Below are positions 9,469 to 17,824 of a stretch of DNA of 32,000 nucleotides, one piece after another; position 1 is the stretch's first letter; the number at the start of each line of letters is the position of its first letter. The stretch spans positions 7,510 through 39,509 of the forward strand of contig JADFLH010000003.1 in NCBI GenBank assembly GCA_022564515.1, written 5' to 3'. A program made the position numbers and the translations under genes. The DNA is from Nitrososphaerota archaeon. Its GTDB lineage: Archaea; Thermoproteota; Nitrososphaeria; Nitrososphaerales; Nitrosopumilaceae. A model generated the notes under the pieces. It did not search any database, had not been told where the DNA came from, and saw only the letters and a list, made by a program, of their open reading frames with translations.

Positions 9469-9579
9469 CTAGTATTTTGAGTATCCTCTAAGATAATATT
9501 CATTGAGACATTCTATGCAACAAAATTCACTATCAAATAATTCAAATTCCTTCTTACAGTTCTTACATTTAAAGTTCAT
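9469..9579 (-). CDS. 36-aa zinc-ribbon micro-protein (not in ORF track)
   Basis: Hand translation gives MNFKCKNCKKEFELFDSEFCCIECLNEYYLRGYSKY, with CxxC...CxxC spacing, an ATG start and a TAG stop. Confidence 0.4.
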   Translation of the reverse strand: MNFKCKNCKKEFELFDSEFCCIECLNEYYLRGYSKY

Positions 9580-9614
9580 AATTACTCAATTTTTAAAAAA
9601 AGGGAAAATTGATT

Positions 9615-9719
9615 CTAACGCCTCTTTTTTTTAGAACCTTTTTTTGCGGCTGCATTTCTTTTTCTAGTGAGAGCAGCTTTTTTTGCTGAAGCACTACGTT
9701 GAGCTTTTGTACGTGCCAT
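9615..9719 (-). CDS. 34-aa highly basic micro-protein (not in ORF track)
   Basis: Hand translation gives MARTKAQRSASAKKAALTRKRNAAAKKGSKKKRR. It has an ATG start, and a TATAAG-like element lies about 25-30 nt upstream on the minus strand. Confidence 0.45.
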   Translation of the reverse strand: MARTKAQRSASAKKAALTRKRNAAAKKGSKKKRR

Positions 9720-9870
9720 TCTACAAAGTAGAGTGTGTGCTTGGTCTTATAGACTAGCATGTACTTTTTTTACGCCAAAATTTCATTTGTAGAATGGTAT
9801 TTTTACGGGATACGAGCTTTTGATAAACAGATGAATCTTATTCTCACCAACTCTAAAGACATTACTGAAG

Positions 9871-10401
9871 ATGATGCCTCAATCTAAACCATTAATCAGC
9901 ATAGAAAATGTTGTTGTAACAGCAACAATTGATCAACGACTAGACCTAAAAGATATAACAAAAAAATTTCCCGAGGTAGAATGGCGTCCAGAACTGTTTC
10001 CAGGAGATGAGAATTTAAAAAGAAGAATTGGTTTTAAAATATTGAAAGAATTGATAAAACCACTCTAATACTATACTAAAATAATCAATACGTGAAGTGC
10101 AAATCTGGATATGTACACTATTTTACTTGGTTTTCTCTACAAGAAAAACGACTTTGTATTAACTGCCACATAGAATCTAATTCTGAAGAATCTTAACATC
10201 TGTTCATTGTCAATGATGAATAATTTGTTCACAACAGTTATACTAAGCGATCAAGGACAATTAGTAGAGATAACAGGAAAACAATTACGATTAAAAAATT
10301 TTGATTATGAATACTGTTGTCTACTAAAGATTATTATGGTTCTGACTCATCAAAATCACACAAATCTTTTAGAAATTACTATTTTTGTCAAATTATGGTA
10401 G
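9871..10401 (+). pseudogene. TATA-binding-protein-like gene disrupted by three in-frame stops
   Basis: The first 45 codons (LISIENVVVTATIDQRLDLKDITKKFPEVEWRPELFPG) match the TBP repeat-1 pattern IENIVAS..L...LDL......EY.PE.FPG. The same frame continues for 177 codons, about TBP length, with stops at 10066 (TAA), 10093 (TGA) and 10171 (TAG). Weak TBP-like pieces follow (ILLGFLYKKNDFVLTAT; VILSDQGQ...LKNFDYEY). Confidence 0.55.
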
Positions 10402-10467
10402 CTGATTTGGCAACGTTACTTAATTGAATCGCTGAAACAATAAATTAAACGAAATTCGAATTTTAAT

Positions 10468-10878
10468 ATGAAGTGCCTATTCTGTGATATAATTAATAGG
10501 AAAAAAACAGGTCATTTTATTTTTGAAGATGAAATTCATGTAGCATTTTTGGATAGATATCCAATCGATATTGGTCATAGTCTTGTATTGCCACGAAAAC
10601 ATTATGAAAAAATTACAGATATGCCTGAAAAACAAGTTGGTGAACTTTTTTCCAAAGTGCAAAAAATTGTAAAGGCGATTTTACAAGCAACAAATGCTGA
10701 CGCCTTTAGTATAGGACAAAATAACGGTAGAGCTGCAAAACAAATCGTTCCACATGTACATGTTCATCTTATACCTAGGTATGACCATAAAGGTACAGTT
10801 TGGACTAAAAGAGGAATTTCAAATGATGAGGAAATGAAATGTCTGTCTGAAAAAATCAGAAAATTTATTCAATCATGA
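10468..10878 (+). CDS. HIT-family nucleotide hydrolase/transferase
   Basis: 136 aa with the histidine triad HVHVHLIP and an N-terminal CLFC. Confidence 0.88.
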   Translation: MKCLFCDIINRKKTGHFIFEDEIHVAFLDRYPIDIGHSLVLPRKHYEKITDMPEKQVGELFSKVQKIVKAILQATNADAFSIGQNNGRAAKQIVPHVHVHLIPRYDHKGTVWTKRGISNDEEMKCLSEKIRKFIQS

Positions 10879-10889
10879 AAATCAAATTT

Positions 10890-12173
10890 TTAACTAGCGG
10901 AATATCCTGGATTGTATCTTAAAATGGCACCAATTTTTCCAAGACTTGATAGCATCACACCGTGTTCAGCTTTTCCTGAAATCACTTCTACCTTTGAACC
11001 AGTTTTATCCGAAATCAACGCGAGATAATCAACAAGGTCTTGTTCTGCTATTTCCAAGTCCATTGATTTACAGTTTGGGCATGGCGAATTAAGCAAGTCT
11101 GTTTTTCTCGGAATTACATTGGGACGCTCTACAATCTCTTCTTGAATATGTTGACATCTTTTGCACTTTGCTTCAATTCGATTGAGATCAGTATCATCAG
11201 TAATAATTACGGTATCAACTACCTTGTTCATTAACAATTTGATAATCTCCTTTAGTCCATAAACGCCCAATCCAGTATGAGAATTAATATGCTTAAACAA
11301 ATTTTCAACAATTTGTTTTTCCTCAACCATTCTAAAACCAGATAAAATATCTCCAGATTTATCAAATGCTTCTCTAATACCTTCAGCACCTGAATAAGCA
11401 GAATCGATTGTATCAATAATCATTTCCTGTAGACGATATTCAAGGTAACCCCCATTGATAAAATCCTCTTTTGTGGGTCCAGGTCCTGAAATAATGATGC
11501 CCTTTACGGGATAAATATCAATGAAATATTCTCTCGTAGTATGAGCAACTCTGTTAAAATAATGAGTGAGCTCCATCTCTCTTAATTTCTGAAACCTTTT
11601 GGCAGACTGTCCTCCTTGTCGATGCTTTCCAGCAACTCCAGAACCTGTCTCACCAAGAACTTCAATTTTGTCACCATGAAGTATTCCCCAACCAGTATCT
11701 TTGGCATCAATCGCCAAAAACCCAATTAGATTCTCATCTTTTAACATCTTCTTCAGAACGTCAACATGAAAATGATCATCACATCTGTAAAGAAATGTTT
11801 TAAGATCTTTTGGAGGATCTAACTCATAAACATTAATTACTTCAGTTCCTATTGGTCCTCCACCTTCAGGCGGTAATGCCCCACAAAAAATTACTAACCC
11901 TCGGTCAGGAGTTTTTTTGTAGAGCTTTAGTCTCTGAATAACCTTCCCTAGTGAATCTACAACATGAGTCCTTGTAAGGTCAGATTTTATATTATCAGCA
12001 GTACCTTGCTCTTCTTTCAAAATGGTAATTACTTCATGTAATTGTTTTCCCTTTGGAATATACACACTAATTAGTTCAGTACCATGTCCTGTTTTTTGTG
12101 ATAACTCATTTAACGTTTTTCTAATTTTGTATAATTTAACAGAATCATGTTTCTCTATCTTTATTTTGCCCAT
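10890..12173 (-). CDS. prf1: peptide chain release factor aRF1
   Basis: 427 aa with NIKS (TADNIKSD) and GGQ (HRQGGQSAKRF) motifs. Confidence 0.93.
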   Translation of the reverse strand: MGKIKIEKHDSVKLYKIRKTLNELSQKTGHGTELISVYIPKGKQLHEVITILKEEQGTADNIKSDLTRTHVVDSLGKVIQRLKLYKKTPDRGLVIFCGALPPEGGGPIGTEVINVYELDPPKDLKTFLYRCDDHFHVDVLKKMLKDENLIGFLAIDAKDTGWGILHGDKIEVLGETGSGVAGKHRQGGQSAKRFQKLREMELTHYFNRVAHTTREYFIDIYPVKGIIISGPGPTKEDFINGGYLEYRLQEMIIDTIDSAYSGAEGIREAFDKSGDILSGFRMVEEKQIVENLFKHINSHTGLGVYGLKEIIKLLMNKVVDTVIITDDTDLNRIEAKCKRCQHIQEEIVERPNVIPRKTDLLNSPCPNCKSMDLEIAEQDLVDYLALISDKTGSKVEVISGKAEHGVMLSSLGKIGAILRYNPGYSAS

Positions 12174-12209
12174 AACCTCACCATTTTGAACTTTTGAATA
12201 CTAATTACG

Positions 12210-12896
12210 TCAAGCAGAGGAATTGTTTAACGCGTCGATTACTTTTCTAAAAACATCTAAAGGCTGATTTCCTGTAATTTTGATTATTTTTTCATCATTA
12301 AAAACCAAAAATGATGGAGTCGCATCAATGCCAATATTTCTTCCAAATTGTTCTAAATCTAACACTTTTTGTCGATATTTATGATCATCAAGGCATGAAT
12401 TGAACTTTTCTATATCTAAATCAACGGATTCAGCAAACATATTTAGAGAATTATCTGTAATCCAACCCGTTCTTTCACCCGCCCAGTTAGTGTATAATTC
12501 ATCATGATATAGCCAGTATCTTCCTTGATCATTGGCACAGTAAGTAGCTTCAGCTGCAAGAACAGAATCAGGCCCATTCAAGGGAAAATCTTTGAAAACT
12601 AGGTTCACCATGCCTGTTTCTATGTACTCTTTTTGAATAACTTTCAAACTTGATTCATGGAATCTATAGCAAAAAGTGCATTGATAATCCCCCCATTCCA
12701 AAATGGTTATTGGCGCCCTAGAGCTTCCTTGCATGGGTGAACCATTTTTCAGCAATTTTTCAGCAGTTAATAAAGTCACATTTTCACCACTTTCGACATT
12801 TTCAATAATTGAAAGATATATGCCAACAAAAATTCCTATGACCGCCGGAATAATTAGCAAGTAATAATTTTTCATTTTATGATCGGTCTTACTCAC
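12210..12896 (-). CDS. membrane-anchored DsbA-like thiol:disulfide oxidoreductase
   Basis: N-terminal TM helix followed by a thioredoxin fold with WGDYQCTFCYRF (CxxC) and DATPSF. Confidence 0.8.
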   Translation of the reverse strand: MSKTDHKMKNYYLLIIPAVIGIFVGIYLSIIENVESGENVTLLTAEKLLKNGSPMQGSSRAPITILEWGDYQCTFCYRFHESSLKVIQKEYIETGMVNLVFKDFPLNGPDSVLAAEATYCANDQGRYWLYHDELYTNWAGERTGWITDNSLNMFAESVDLDIEKFNSCLDDHKYRQKVLDLEQFGRNIGIDATPSFLVFNDEKIIKITGNQPLDVFRKVIDALNNSSA

Positions 12897-12951
12897 TCTT
12901 ATAAATTGGTGATAGTTGTAAGAATTTAAATACTGAAAAAAGTTTGTCGAT

Positions 12952-13170
12952 ATGTTGCCTTCAACAAAAGAGATTACTATTTCTAAACAACCGGTTCCAA
13001 TTTTTGCGGTGATACTTCTTGCAGTAATTTTTGCACTCGGTTTATTCGTTGTTGGATACGATCAAGGGCATCTTTTAAGCATAGTCCAAGGTCCTGAGGC
13101 ATTTGATGAACTTTTTTTCCATGAGCTGATGCATGACATGAGGCACGCTGCAGGATTTCCATGTCATTAG
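12952..13170 (+). CDS. cbtB: cobalt transporter subunit CbtB
   Basis: 72 aa with one TM helix and the C-terminus HELMHDMRHAAGFPCH, which is typical of CbtB. Confidence 0.8.
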   Translation: MLPSTKEITISKQPVPIFAVILLAVIFALGLFVVGYDQGHLLSIVQGPEAFDELFFHELMHDMRHAAGFPCH

Positions 13171-13182
13171 GAGGATATTTTT

Positions 13183-13914
13183 TTGAGAAACGTTAGTTTT
13201 ATGGGGATCGTTTTGTTAGCAGGTTGTTTTGCTGGAATTATTCATGGCACAGCAAATTTAGCAATAGTTGAACCTTATCTAGATGACGCAATCGGAATAG
13301 AAAATCAAAATCTTTTTGCGTCTGGGGAAGAAAAAGACACCCCAGAATTTTGGGTAGAATATTCTGCATATAGAAATTGGCAAAAAGGAGGGCAAGTTCT
13401 AGCTGGGGCAATTCTTGGTACATCTATTGGCGCCTTATTTGGAATTATTTTTGCCTATTCAAGATCCATCCTACCGGGAACACATAACGTGAAAAAAGCC
13501 CTAGTTTTAGCAGGAATTATGTGGCTAGCGATTTATTTCATTCCGTTTCTAAAATATCCTGCAAATCCACCAACAGTTGGCGATCCAGAAACTGTAGTGT
13601 TACGAGGAATCTTCTATCTTTCTTTTATTGCGATTTCTGGATTTGGTGTAATCGGGTTTTATCAGTTATACAAAAAATTAGAAAAGAGCAAAAAAATCGT
13701 TGCCTTTATTGGATATGCAGCCTTCATTACCGCTATTTTTGTGGTGATGCCTCAAAACCCAGATGAGGTAACTGCACCAATGGAATTAGTTTATGGTTTT
13801 AGGGCAATGTCAGTTATTGCGGTATCTATCTATTGGATTTCTCTTGGAGTTATTCTTGGTATATTTTGGCAAAAGATTCAACCTGATAAACCGATTCCAA
13901 TGAGACCTTACTAA
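13183..13914 (+). CDS. cbtA: cobalt transporter subunit CbtA
   Basis: 243-aa polytopic membrane protein directly after cbtB, with a CbtA-like N-terminus (GIIHGTANLAIVEPYLDDAI). The start is TTG 13183 or ATG 13201. Confidence 0.75.
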   Translation: MRNVSFMGIVLLAGCFAGIIHGTANLAIVEPYLDDAIGIENQNLFASGEEKDTPEFWVEYSAYRNWQKGGQVLAGAILGTSIGALFGIIFAYSRSILPGTHNVKKALVLAGIMWLAIYFIPFLKYPANPPTVGDPETVVLRGIFYLSFIAISGFGVIGFYQLYKKLEKSKKIVAFIGYAAFITAIFVVMPQNPDEVTAPMELVYGFRAMSVIAVSIYWISLGVILGIFWQKIQPDKPIPMRPY

Positions 13915-13930
13915 TAAAAATTAATTTTTT

Positions 13931-13948
13931 ATTCTAAGAATTTAGAAT
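13931..13948. promoter_or_regulatory. 18-bp perfect palindrome, candidate operator
   Basis: ATTCTAA-GAAT-TTAGAAT lies 11 nt upstream of TATA-like TTTAAATA (13960-67). An extra half-site ATTCTAA sits at 13968-74. Confidence 0.6.
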
Positions 13949-13991
13949 GAACCATGTCGTTTAAATAATTCTAAAAACCGTTGCTATATGT

Positions 13992-14321
13992 TTGACACGA
14001 AAACTTACTCTCCCACAGTTAAAGAAATATGATGTTACCCAGAAAGTAATAGATGCACTTGCTGATGCCGAATCACGGGCAATGCTTTTTTCAACTATAA
14101 AGAGAGGAAAAACAGCAGATGAGCTTTCGCGACAACTAAAAATTCCTCTTAGTTCTGTTTACAAAAAACTAGCTGATTTACAAGTATTAACATTAATCAA
14201 AGTAGAAAAGGTGTTAATATCAGATAAAGGGCGTAAATTCAAAGTTTACAAAAGTAGAATTAGCAAAGCAGACATTGTTATCAAAAAATCTGAACCCACT
14301 TTGTATTTGGTACCGAATTAG
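13992..14321 (+). CDS. winged-helix (ArsR/TrmB-like) transcription regulator, paralogue 1
   Basis: 109 aa with a TTG start. The HTH-like core is ADELSRQLKIPLSSVYKKLADLQVLTLIKVEK. It aligns along its full length with the next gene. Confidence 0.7.
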   Translation: MTRKLTLPQLKKYDVTQKVIDALADAESRAMLFSTIKRGKTADELSRQLKIPLSSVYKKLADLQVLTLIKVEKVLISDKGRKFKVYKSRISKADIVIKKSEPTLYLVPN

Positions 14322-14328
14322 TGATAAA

Positions 14329-14655
14329 ATGTCAAATCCAAAGATTTTTCAATTAAGTAAATTCGATATAACCCAAAAAATTATTGAATTATTAACTAAT
14401 GTGTGTACAAGAGCGATATTGTTTTCTGTCAAAAAGGAGGAAAAAGACGCAACACAAATAGCTGATGAATTGAACATTTCTCTTTCTACAGTTTATAAGA
14501 CTTTATCTAATTTAGAGGAATTAACTTTAATTCAAGTTGAAAAATTTGTTATTTCTAATGAAGGTAAAAAAATAAAGTTATACAAAAGCAGAATTGCCAA
14601 AGCCGAAATTAGTATGACCGATAAAGAACCCGTCCTTAATCTTTATCCAAATTAG
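14329..14655 (+). CDS. winged-helix (ArsR/TrmB-like) transcription regulator, paralogue 2
   Basis: I chose ATG 14329 (MSNPKIFQLSKFDITQKIIELL...) because it aligns with paralogue 1 (LPQLKKYDVTQKVIDAL...). Both end in ...LY(L/P)(V/-)PN. Confidence 0.7.
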   Translation: MSNPKIFQLSKFDITQKIIELLTNVCTRAILFSVKKEEKDATQIADELNISLSTVYKTLSNLEELTLIQVEKFVISNEGKKIKLYKSRIAKAEISMTDKEPVLNLYPN

Positions 14656-14706
14656 GTAACTACCGATTAAGATTTGTTATATTGCGCGAATTATTATAAT
14701 TAAGTC

Positions 14707-14737
14707 ATTCTAAGATTTTAGAATAAGAGCTTAGAAT
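14707..14737. promoter_or_regulatory. second copy of the palindromic operator plus an extra half-site
   Basis: ATTCTAA-GATT-TTAGAAT (14707-24) is followed by TTAGAAT (14731-37). TATA-like TTTAAATTA lies at 14748-56, 29 nt before the phnD ATG. Confidence 0.6.
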
Positions 14738-14784
14738 GAGTTGGTACTTTAAATTAGTTAGCTTATCCTAAGAACATGTAAAAA

Positions 14785-15885
14785 ATGCAAAAACGAGCAA
14801 TACTTGCCATTACAATAGCTGCTGTACTATTTACAACATTGATTGGATTTCTATCAGTTTTGCAGAATGTGTCAGCTGAATCTGACACAATTCCAAATTG
14901 GATAAAAAACACAGCAAAATGGTGGTCAGAGAATCAAGTTACCGATGGAGATTTCATAAATGCCATGGAATTTTTAATTACTGAAGGAATAATTCAACTT
15001 CCTGTCACAGTAAATTCACCTGATGTGGATACAATAACAATTGGTTTAATTCCGGTAGAAAAGGCCGGTGAACTGACTTCAAAAGAAGAAGCATTTGAAA
15101 AATTTCTTGAAGCAAAGCTTAACGGGGTTGATGTGATTATTTCTGTCACAACAAATTATGAGACTATTATCGAAGGAATGCGTTTTGGGCACATAGATGC
15201 TGCATTCATGGATGCTGGCCCAGGGTGGATTACACATTCAAGAACCGGAGCAGAAGTAGTTTTGGCGGAGGTGGTAAAAGGCAAGGTGAACTATCAGGCA
15301 ACCGTTTGGGCAAAATCCGATAATGAATCAATCCAATCCCTTGAAGACACCATTGGGAAAAAAGTGGCATTCACAAGTATTACTGGCTCGTCAGGTTTTG
15401 TTCGACCTATGGGAACTTTGGTAGCTTCTGGTTACATTACCATTCAAGGTGATGATATTACAGCCTTGATAGAGGCTTTAGCTGATTCGTTTGAAGCTTA
15501 TACATTTGCTGGTGGATATAAGGCAGCTTTAGAATTGTTACTTAATGATAATGTTGATGTTGCTTTTGGTTCCGACATAGCACCACAACAATATCTGGAA
15601 CCTTCAGATCAGGCAAAACTCCGTAAGGTCACATCAATCGGTATTGTGCCATCACACGTCTTTATGGTTAGTGCTGATATGTCAGATTCAACAAAAACTG
15701 CATTAGTTGATGCAATGATTCAATTAAACCGTGAAGAAAATAATGAGATTCTCAGAAATTTGTATGGGGCAGAAGCTTTACTTCCTACAACAACTGAAAT
15801 GCATATAGGTGACTTTGGCAACTTCATCGAGGCTTTGACGGGTCTTGATCAACTAATTTTGGACAAATACAACAAAAACAGGTAG
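14785..15885 (+). CDS. phnD: phosphonate/phosphite ABC transporter substrate-binding protein with an N-terminal 'WIKN' module
   Basis: 366 aa with a signal/anchor helix, then the PNWIKNTAKWWSENQVTDGDFINAMEFLITEGIIQLP module, then a PhnD-like periplasmic binding fold (YETIIEGMRFGHIDAAFMD...). phnC and phnE follow. Confidence 0.78.
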   Translation: MQKRAILAITIAAVLFTTLIGFLSVLQNVSAESDTIPNWIKNTAKWWSENQVTDGDFINAMEFLITEGIIQLPVTVNSPDVDTITIGLIPVEKAGELTSKEEAFEKFLEAKLNGVDVIISVTTNYETIIEGMRFGHIDAAFMDAGPGWITHSRTGAEVVLAEVVKGKVNYQATVWAKSDNESIQSLEDTIGKKVAFTSITGSSGFVRPMGTLVASGYITIQGDDITALIEALADSFEAYTFAGGYKAALELLLNDNVDVAFGSDIAPQQYLEPSDQAKLRKVTSIGIVPSHVFMVSADMSDSTKTALVDAMIQLNREENNEILRNLYGAEALLPTTTEMHIGDFGNFIEALTGLDQLILDKYNKNR

Positions 15886-15942
15886 ACATTCAAGGAGAAA
15901 TTTCTAACATTGAATCATAAACCCATATCTTTTTTTCCCCTG

Positions 15943-16728
15943 TTGACAAAAACCGTAATCCAAATGAATGATGTTTGGGCGTCTTACGATTCGAAAAATT
16001 TTGTCCTAAAAGAAATAACACTTTCAATTGAACGTGGTATAAATTATGCAATTGTTGGTCAATCTGGTTCTGGTAAATCTACCTTGCTAAAATTAATCAA
16101 CGGAATAATGACCCCAAGTAAAGGTGTTATAAAAACAGATTATCAGACACCAAACATGGCTGATAGAAAATTCAAATTAATGATGTCAAAGATTGGATAT
16201 ATCCCCCAAAATTTAGGTCTGATAAAAAATGTTTCAGTATTAGAAAATATTTTGATTGGAGCTTTGCCAAGAATTAGTAAAACCAAATCTCTTTTCAAAA
16301 TGTTTCCAGAAAAAGAAATTCAAGAAGCTGAAAAGATTTTGAAGCTTGTAGGTTTGGAAGACAAATCAGAAAGAAAAGCATACATGTTAAGTGGTGGGGA
16401 AAAAAGACGAGTTGCTATCGCTCGTGCCTTAATGCAAAAACCAGAAATTTTGTTGGCTGATGAAATTGTGTCTGAATTGGATCGTGTAACTGCCAAAGAA
16501 ATTTTGGACTTAATTTCGGAGGCACAACATAGAATTAGCCTTACCGCAGTGATAGTTCATCATGACATGAGGTTAGCGCTAGAATACGCAGATAGAGTAG
16601 CGGTTATCAAAGAAGGCCTAAAAATCTTGGAAATCGGGGTTGAAGGAGATGAAATCGTTGATTTTCAAACTGGAAATATATCCCAGCAAGAAATTATGGA
16701 GTTGTATCAAAACGAGCCCAAAAAATAA
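15943..16728 (+). CDS. phnC: phosphonate ABC transporter ATP-binding protein
   Basis: Walker A GQSGSGKST, signature LSGGEKRRVAIARAL and Walker B ILLADE. The start is ambiguous: TTG 15910, TTG 15943 or ATG 15964. 15943 gives the usual N-terminal length. Confidence 0.88.
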   Translation: MTKTVIQMNDVWASYDSKNFVLKEITLSIERGINYAIVGQSGSGKSTLLKLINGIMTPSKGVIKTDYQTPNMADRKFKLMMSKIGYIPQNLGLIKNVSVLENILIGALPRISKTKSLFKMFPEKEIQEAEKILKLVGLEDKSERKAYMLSGGEKRRVAIARALMQKPEILLADEIVSELDRVTAKEILDLISEAQHRISLTAVIVHHDMRLALEYADRVAVIKEGLKILEIGVEGDEIVDFQTGNISQQEIMELYQNEPKK

Positions 16729-17494
16729 TATCATAATCGGCTTAATCATTGCATTAGTTGTTGCCGCTTCATACAACGTAGATGCAAACCCAATTGATTT
16801 TGTAGAAGGGATTCCAAATTTGGCAATTATTGCAGAAGAAATTACTGAAATTGAACCAAAGTTATTTGAAACTGCATTATTGTCAATGTTTGAAACCATT
16901 CAGATGGCTTTCATTGGTACCATTGTGGGTGTGGTAATAGCTTTGCCATTAAGCATGTTTGCTGCACGAAATTTGAATAGTCTATGGGTATATGCACCAA
17001 TTAGGGTTATTCTAGCTGCAGTCCGCACCTTTCCATCAATTCTGTGGGCAATTTTATTTGTAATAATGGTAGGTCTTGGTACTTTTGCAGGGGTATTAGC
17101 AATCATAATGTATACCATTGGTTTTGTTACAAAGCTACAATACGAATCAATTGAAACAGTTGATGCGGACCCTATGGATGCTATTAGTTCAATCGGTGTA
17201 TCAAAATGGCAACTTATTCGATTTGTTGTGTTGCCTGAATCAGCCCCTCATTTGTTAAGTCAAATTCTTTACATGTTTGATTACAATGTAAGACAATCCA
17301 GCATTCTTGGATTAGTTGGTGCTGGCGGAATTGGATTTTACATCATAAATTACATCAAATTTTTTGAATATGGCAAAGCAATGGTTTTCATGTTAGTCGT
17401 TTTGGCTACTGTGTTATTCATTGATTGGATTAGTGTAAAAATTCGTGACAAGTATATTGTAAAATCACAACATGGTATGGTAGTAAAAATTTAG
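16649..17494 (+). CDS. phnE: phosphonate ABC transporter permease
   Basis: Polytopic permease following phnC (ETIQMAFIGT, PSILWAILFV, SAPHLLSQILYMFDYNVRQSSILGLVGAGGIG). The start is uncertain (TTG 16640 or ATG 16649) and overlaps the phnC 3' end. Confidence 0.82.
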   Translation: MKSLIFKLEIYPSKKLWSCIKTSPKNNIIIGLIIALVVAASYNVDANPIDFVEGIPNLAIIAEEITEIEPKLFETALLSMFETIQMAFIGTIVGVVIALPLSMFAARNLNSLWVYAPIRVILAAVRTFPSILWAILFVIMVGLGTFAGVLAIIMYTIGFVTKLQYESIETVDADPMDAISSIGVSKWQLIRFVVLPESAPHLLSQILYMFDYNVRQSSILGLVGAGGIGFYIINYIKFFEYGKAMVFMLVVLATVLFIDWISVKIRDKYIVKSQHGMVVKI

Positions 17495-17613
17495 TTGAAT
17501 GAAATCTTTTAGTTTCCCTGATTATCAAAGCCAAAGTCTCATTTCAATCTAAAATTTTGGACAGCCTAGCACAGCAAAAACACTAGTATCATAGGTTAAA
17601 TCAAAAAAAAACT

Positions 17614-17726
17614 GATCTAATAGTATGGGTGCTCACGGTAGAACGGGTCAGGACACATTGATTCTTGGTAGTATTCTCGATGGCATTGTTCATCTAGTAA
17701 AATGCCCTATTCTTATTGTAAGATAG
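17614..17726 (+). pseudogene. universal stress protein (UspA-family) C-terminal remnant
   Basis: MGAHGRTGQDTLILGSILDGIVHLVKCPILIVR* matches the USP C-terminal pattern GSHGR.G....LGSV......CPVLVV. The expected preceding DLIV is present but one nucleotide out of frame (GAT CTA ATA GTA overlapping ATG), and there are stops further upstream. Confidence 0.6.
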
Positions 17727-17824
17727 ATTTAGCCTCATCATAAATTGCCTTTTTCTATATACGTGAATTGGTAAGGTCATTTTTCACTTGACAATTTCTT
17801 AAAGTTCTTTTTATCCAGCAATAG

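Noticed and set aside
10207-10401. ORF 10207..10401 as an independent 64-aa gene
   Set aside because: It is in the same frame as the TBP-like ORF at 9871 and begins at a TTG right after in-frame stops. I treat it as the tail of the disrupted TBP-like frame.
13938-13946. Relationship between the operator palindrome and motif M2 (both contain TAAGAATTT)
   Set aside because: A 9-nt AT-rich overlap is within chance expectation in this composition, and the rest of the motifs differ.
16618-17118. Minus-strand ORFs 16618..16899 and 16900..17118
   Set aside because: They are antisense to the phnC/phnE coding sequence and have no motifs.
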